From positions 1,070,241 to 1,090,688 of the forward strand of contig NW_003314327.1 in assembly GCF_000143415.4 (NCBI RefSeq): DNA of 20,448 bases, read 5' to 3'. Shown one piece after another: positions 19,321 to 20,448 of the stretch. The stretch is from Selaginella moellendorffii (taxonomy: Eukaryota > Plantae > Lycopodiophyta). How positions within the stretch are numbered: the stretch's first letter is position 1; each line of letters begins with the position of its first letter. The translations under genes and the position numbers were made by a program. The notes beneath the pieces were generated by a model. That model was not told where the DNA came from. It did no database searches and was given only the letters and a program-made list of their open reading frames with translations.

Positions 19321-20448
19321 TTCTATTTTCATTACTACTAGCAAGGAATCCAACTCTGCTGGCTTGGACCAAAATAAGTCTTTGAAAACACTTTACTGGG
19401 ATAGAAAAGTTATAGCTAATAGTGCAACATAGAATAAATTAGTGTATATTGTATGCTTCTAAGATTTATCATGAGCATCTATAAAATCTATAAGAGTAAT
19501 TATAATCACAAAGCCTTTTATAAAAGAAATCAAGTTTACAAACAATTAATTTTCTTTTAATTTGTAATTATTTAAAAATAAATGAAAAAAAGATTAGCAG
19601 GGATTCCAGCAGAAAATAAAATCAGGGATCCCAGCTCTGATGGGAAGTAGATATAAAATTCTGTAAATGTAAAATAGTTTTCTGATATAAAAATATACTT
19701 TAATGATTCTGTAAATTAATATTTGTTCATTTTTGAGGTTCTAATATTTCCTGAACTTGTGTTACTTAAGTGGTTAATAGATTTAAACGTTTTTAGATTG
19801 TCATCGCTTACCCAGACAAGTTTTGATTGAAGCCAAGCAGGCATTGCAGCCTTGAAGCCTTGGAGGACTTGTACCTTCTATCGAGCACAATTGGTCTGTG
19901 CCATACCACCAAAAGTATCAGAAAGGCTTCTTAGTGTAGAAAATATTTTTAACAGCTAGAGAAATGCATGAATGACAACAGCATAGCCATGTCCTGCCCC
20001 ACCGAGGACATGACCACATGGCAAGTGCTCGACCTCAAGAACGAATCTTGACATATCCATTCATGCTCTTGCCATTTGAAACAGGTCCTTTAGCCCAACA
20101 TTCATGCTCCTAGCTGCATTCCTAGCTTTCTTACTGCTTAGATTCATGGTATCTAATGATACCATGCAGAGGAAGCCATGAGGTGCTGGTTTTTATCCTC
20201 TCAATGCTTCCAGAGTAGAGTTCCCTTGCAAAGCCCTACTTTCACAACATTGTTTTCTTTGGGGAAGAAGTATGTGGTCAAGGCAGCTCCCAGGATCAAA
20301 GAGTATCTCAGGGTTGAGTAATGGTAGGAAGTTCTAAGCAAGTTTTACTGCTCATTCAATCTGGAAGCCTGCTACTCATCGGGAGAAGGATTGGAAATCT
20401 AGGAGACACTATCTACTCCTAGAGAGGTCTCTGCTGGAACCAGCAATG

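Noticed and set aside
20145-20166. 9-bp hairpin catggtatc-taat-gataccatg containing TGGTATC (tRNA-Met PBS-like)
   Set aside because: The match to the Met PBS is only 7-8 nt with no adjacent LTR identified; surrounding 19800-20448 is CpG-poor decayed sequence with no assignable product.

Overview
Land-plant nuclear DNA, not prokaryotic. The very short GT-AG introns (46-62 nt) suggest a compact genome such as a Selaginella-like lycophyte (inference). About the first 15 kb is a repeat/pseudogene collage. It holds intron-retaining fragments of unrelated host genes (DUF2358, class III peroxidase, the PPR gene MRL1, a Tpt1/KptA C-lobe, ribosomal protein uL6/RPL9). It also holds a full-length but defective ~5 kb non-chromovirus Ty3/gypsy LTR retrotransposon (4611-9601) with 175-bp LTRs, an ATAT target-site duplication, a tRNA-Ala-like PBS and a decayed -1 frameshift signal. 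A degenerate coiled-coil TE remnant is interrupted by an intact-looking small gene with a probable intron whose product resembles a prokaryotic HicB-fold antitoxin domain (12353-12778, minus), the most unusual item here. The right part carries one apparently intact 10-exon gene, a GEX3-like PQQ beta-propeller type I membrane protein (16079-18409, plus), with a long hairpin in its promoter. All homology calls come from recalled family motifs; no searches were run.
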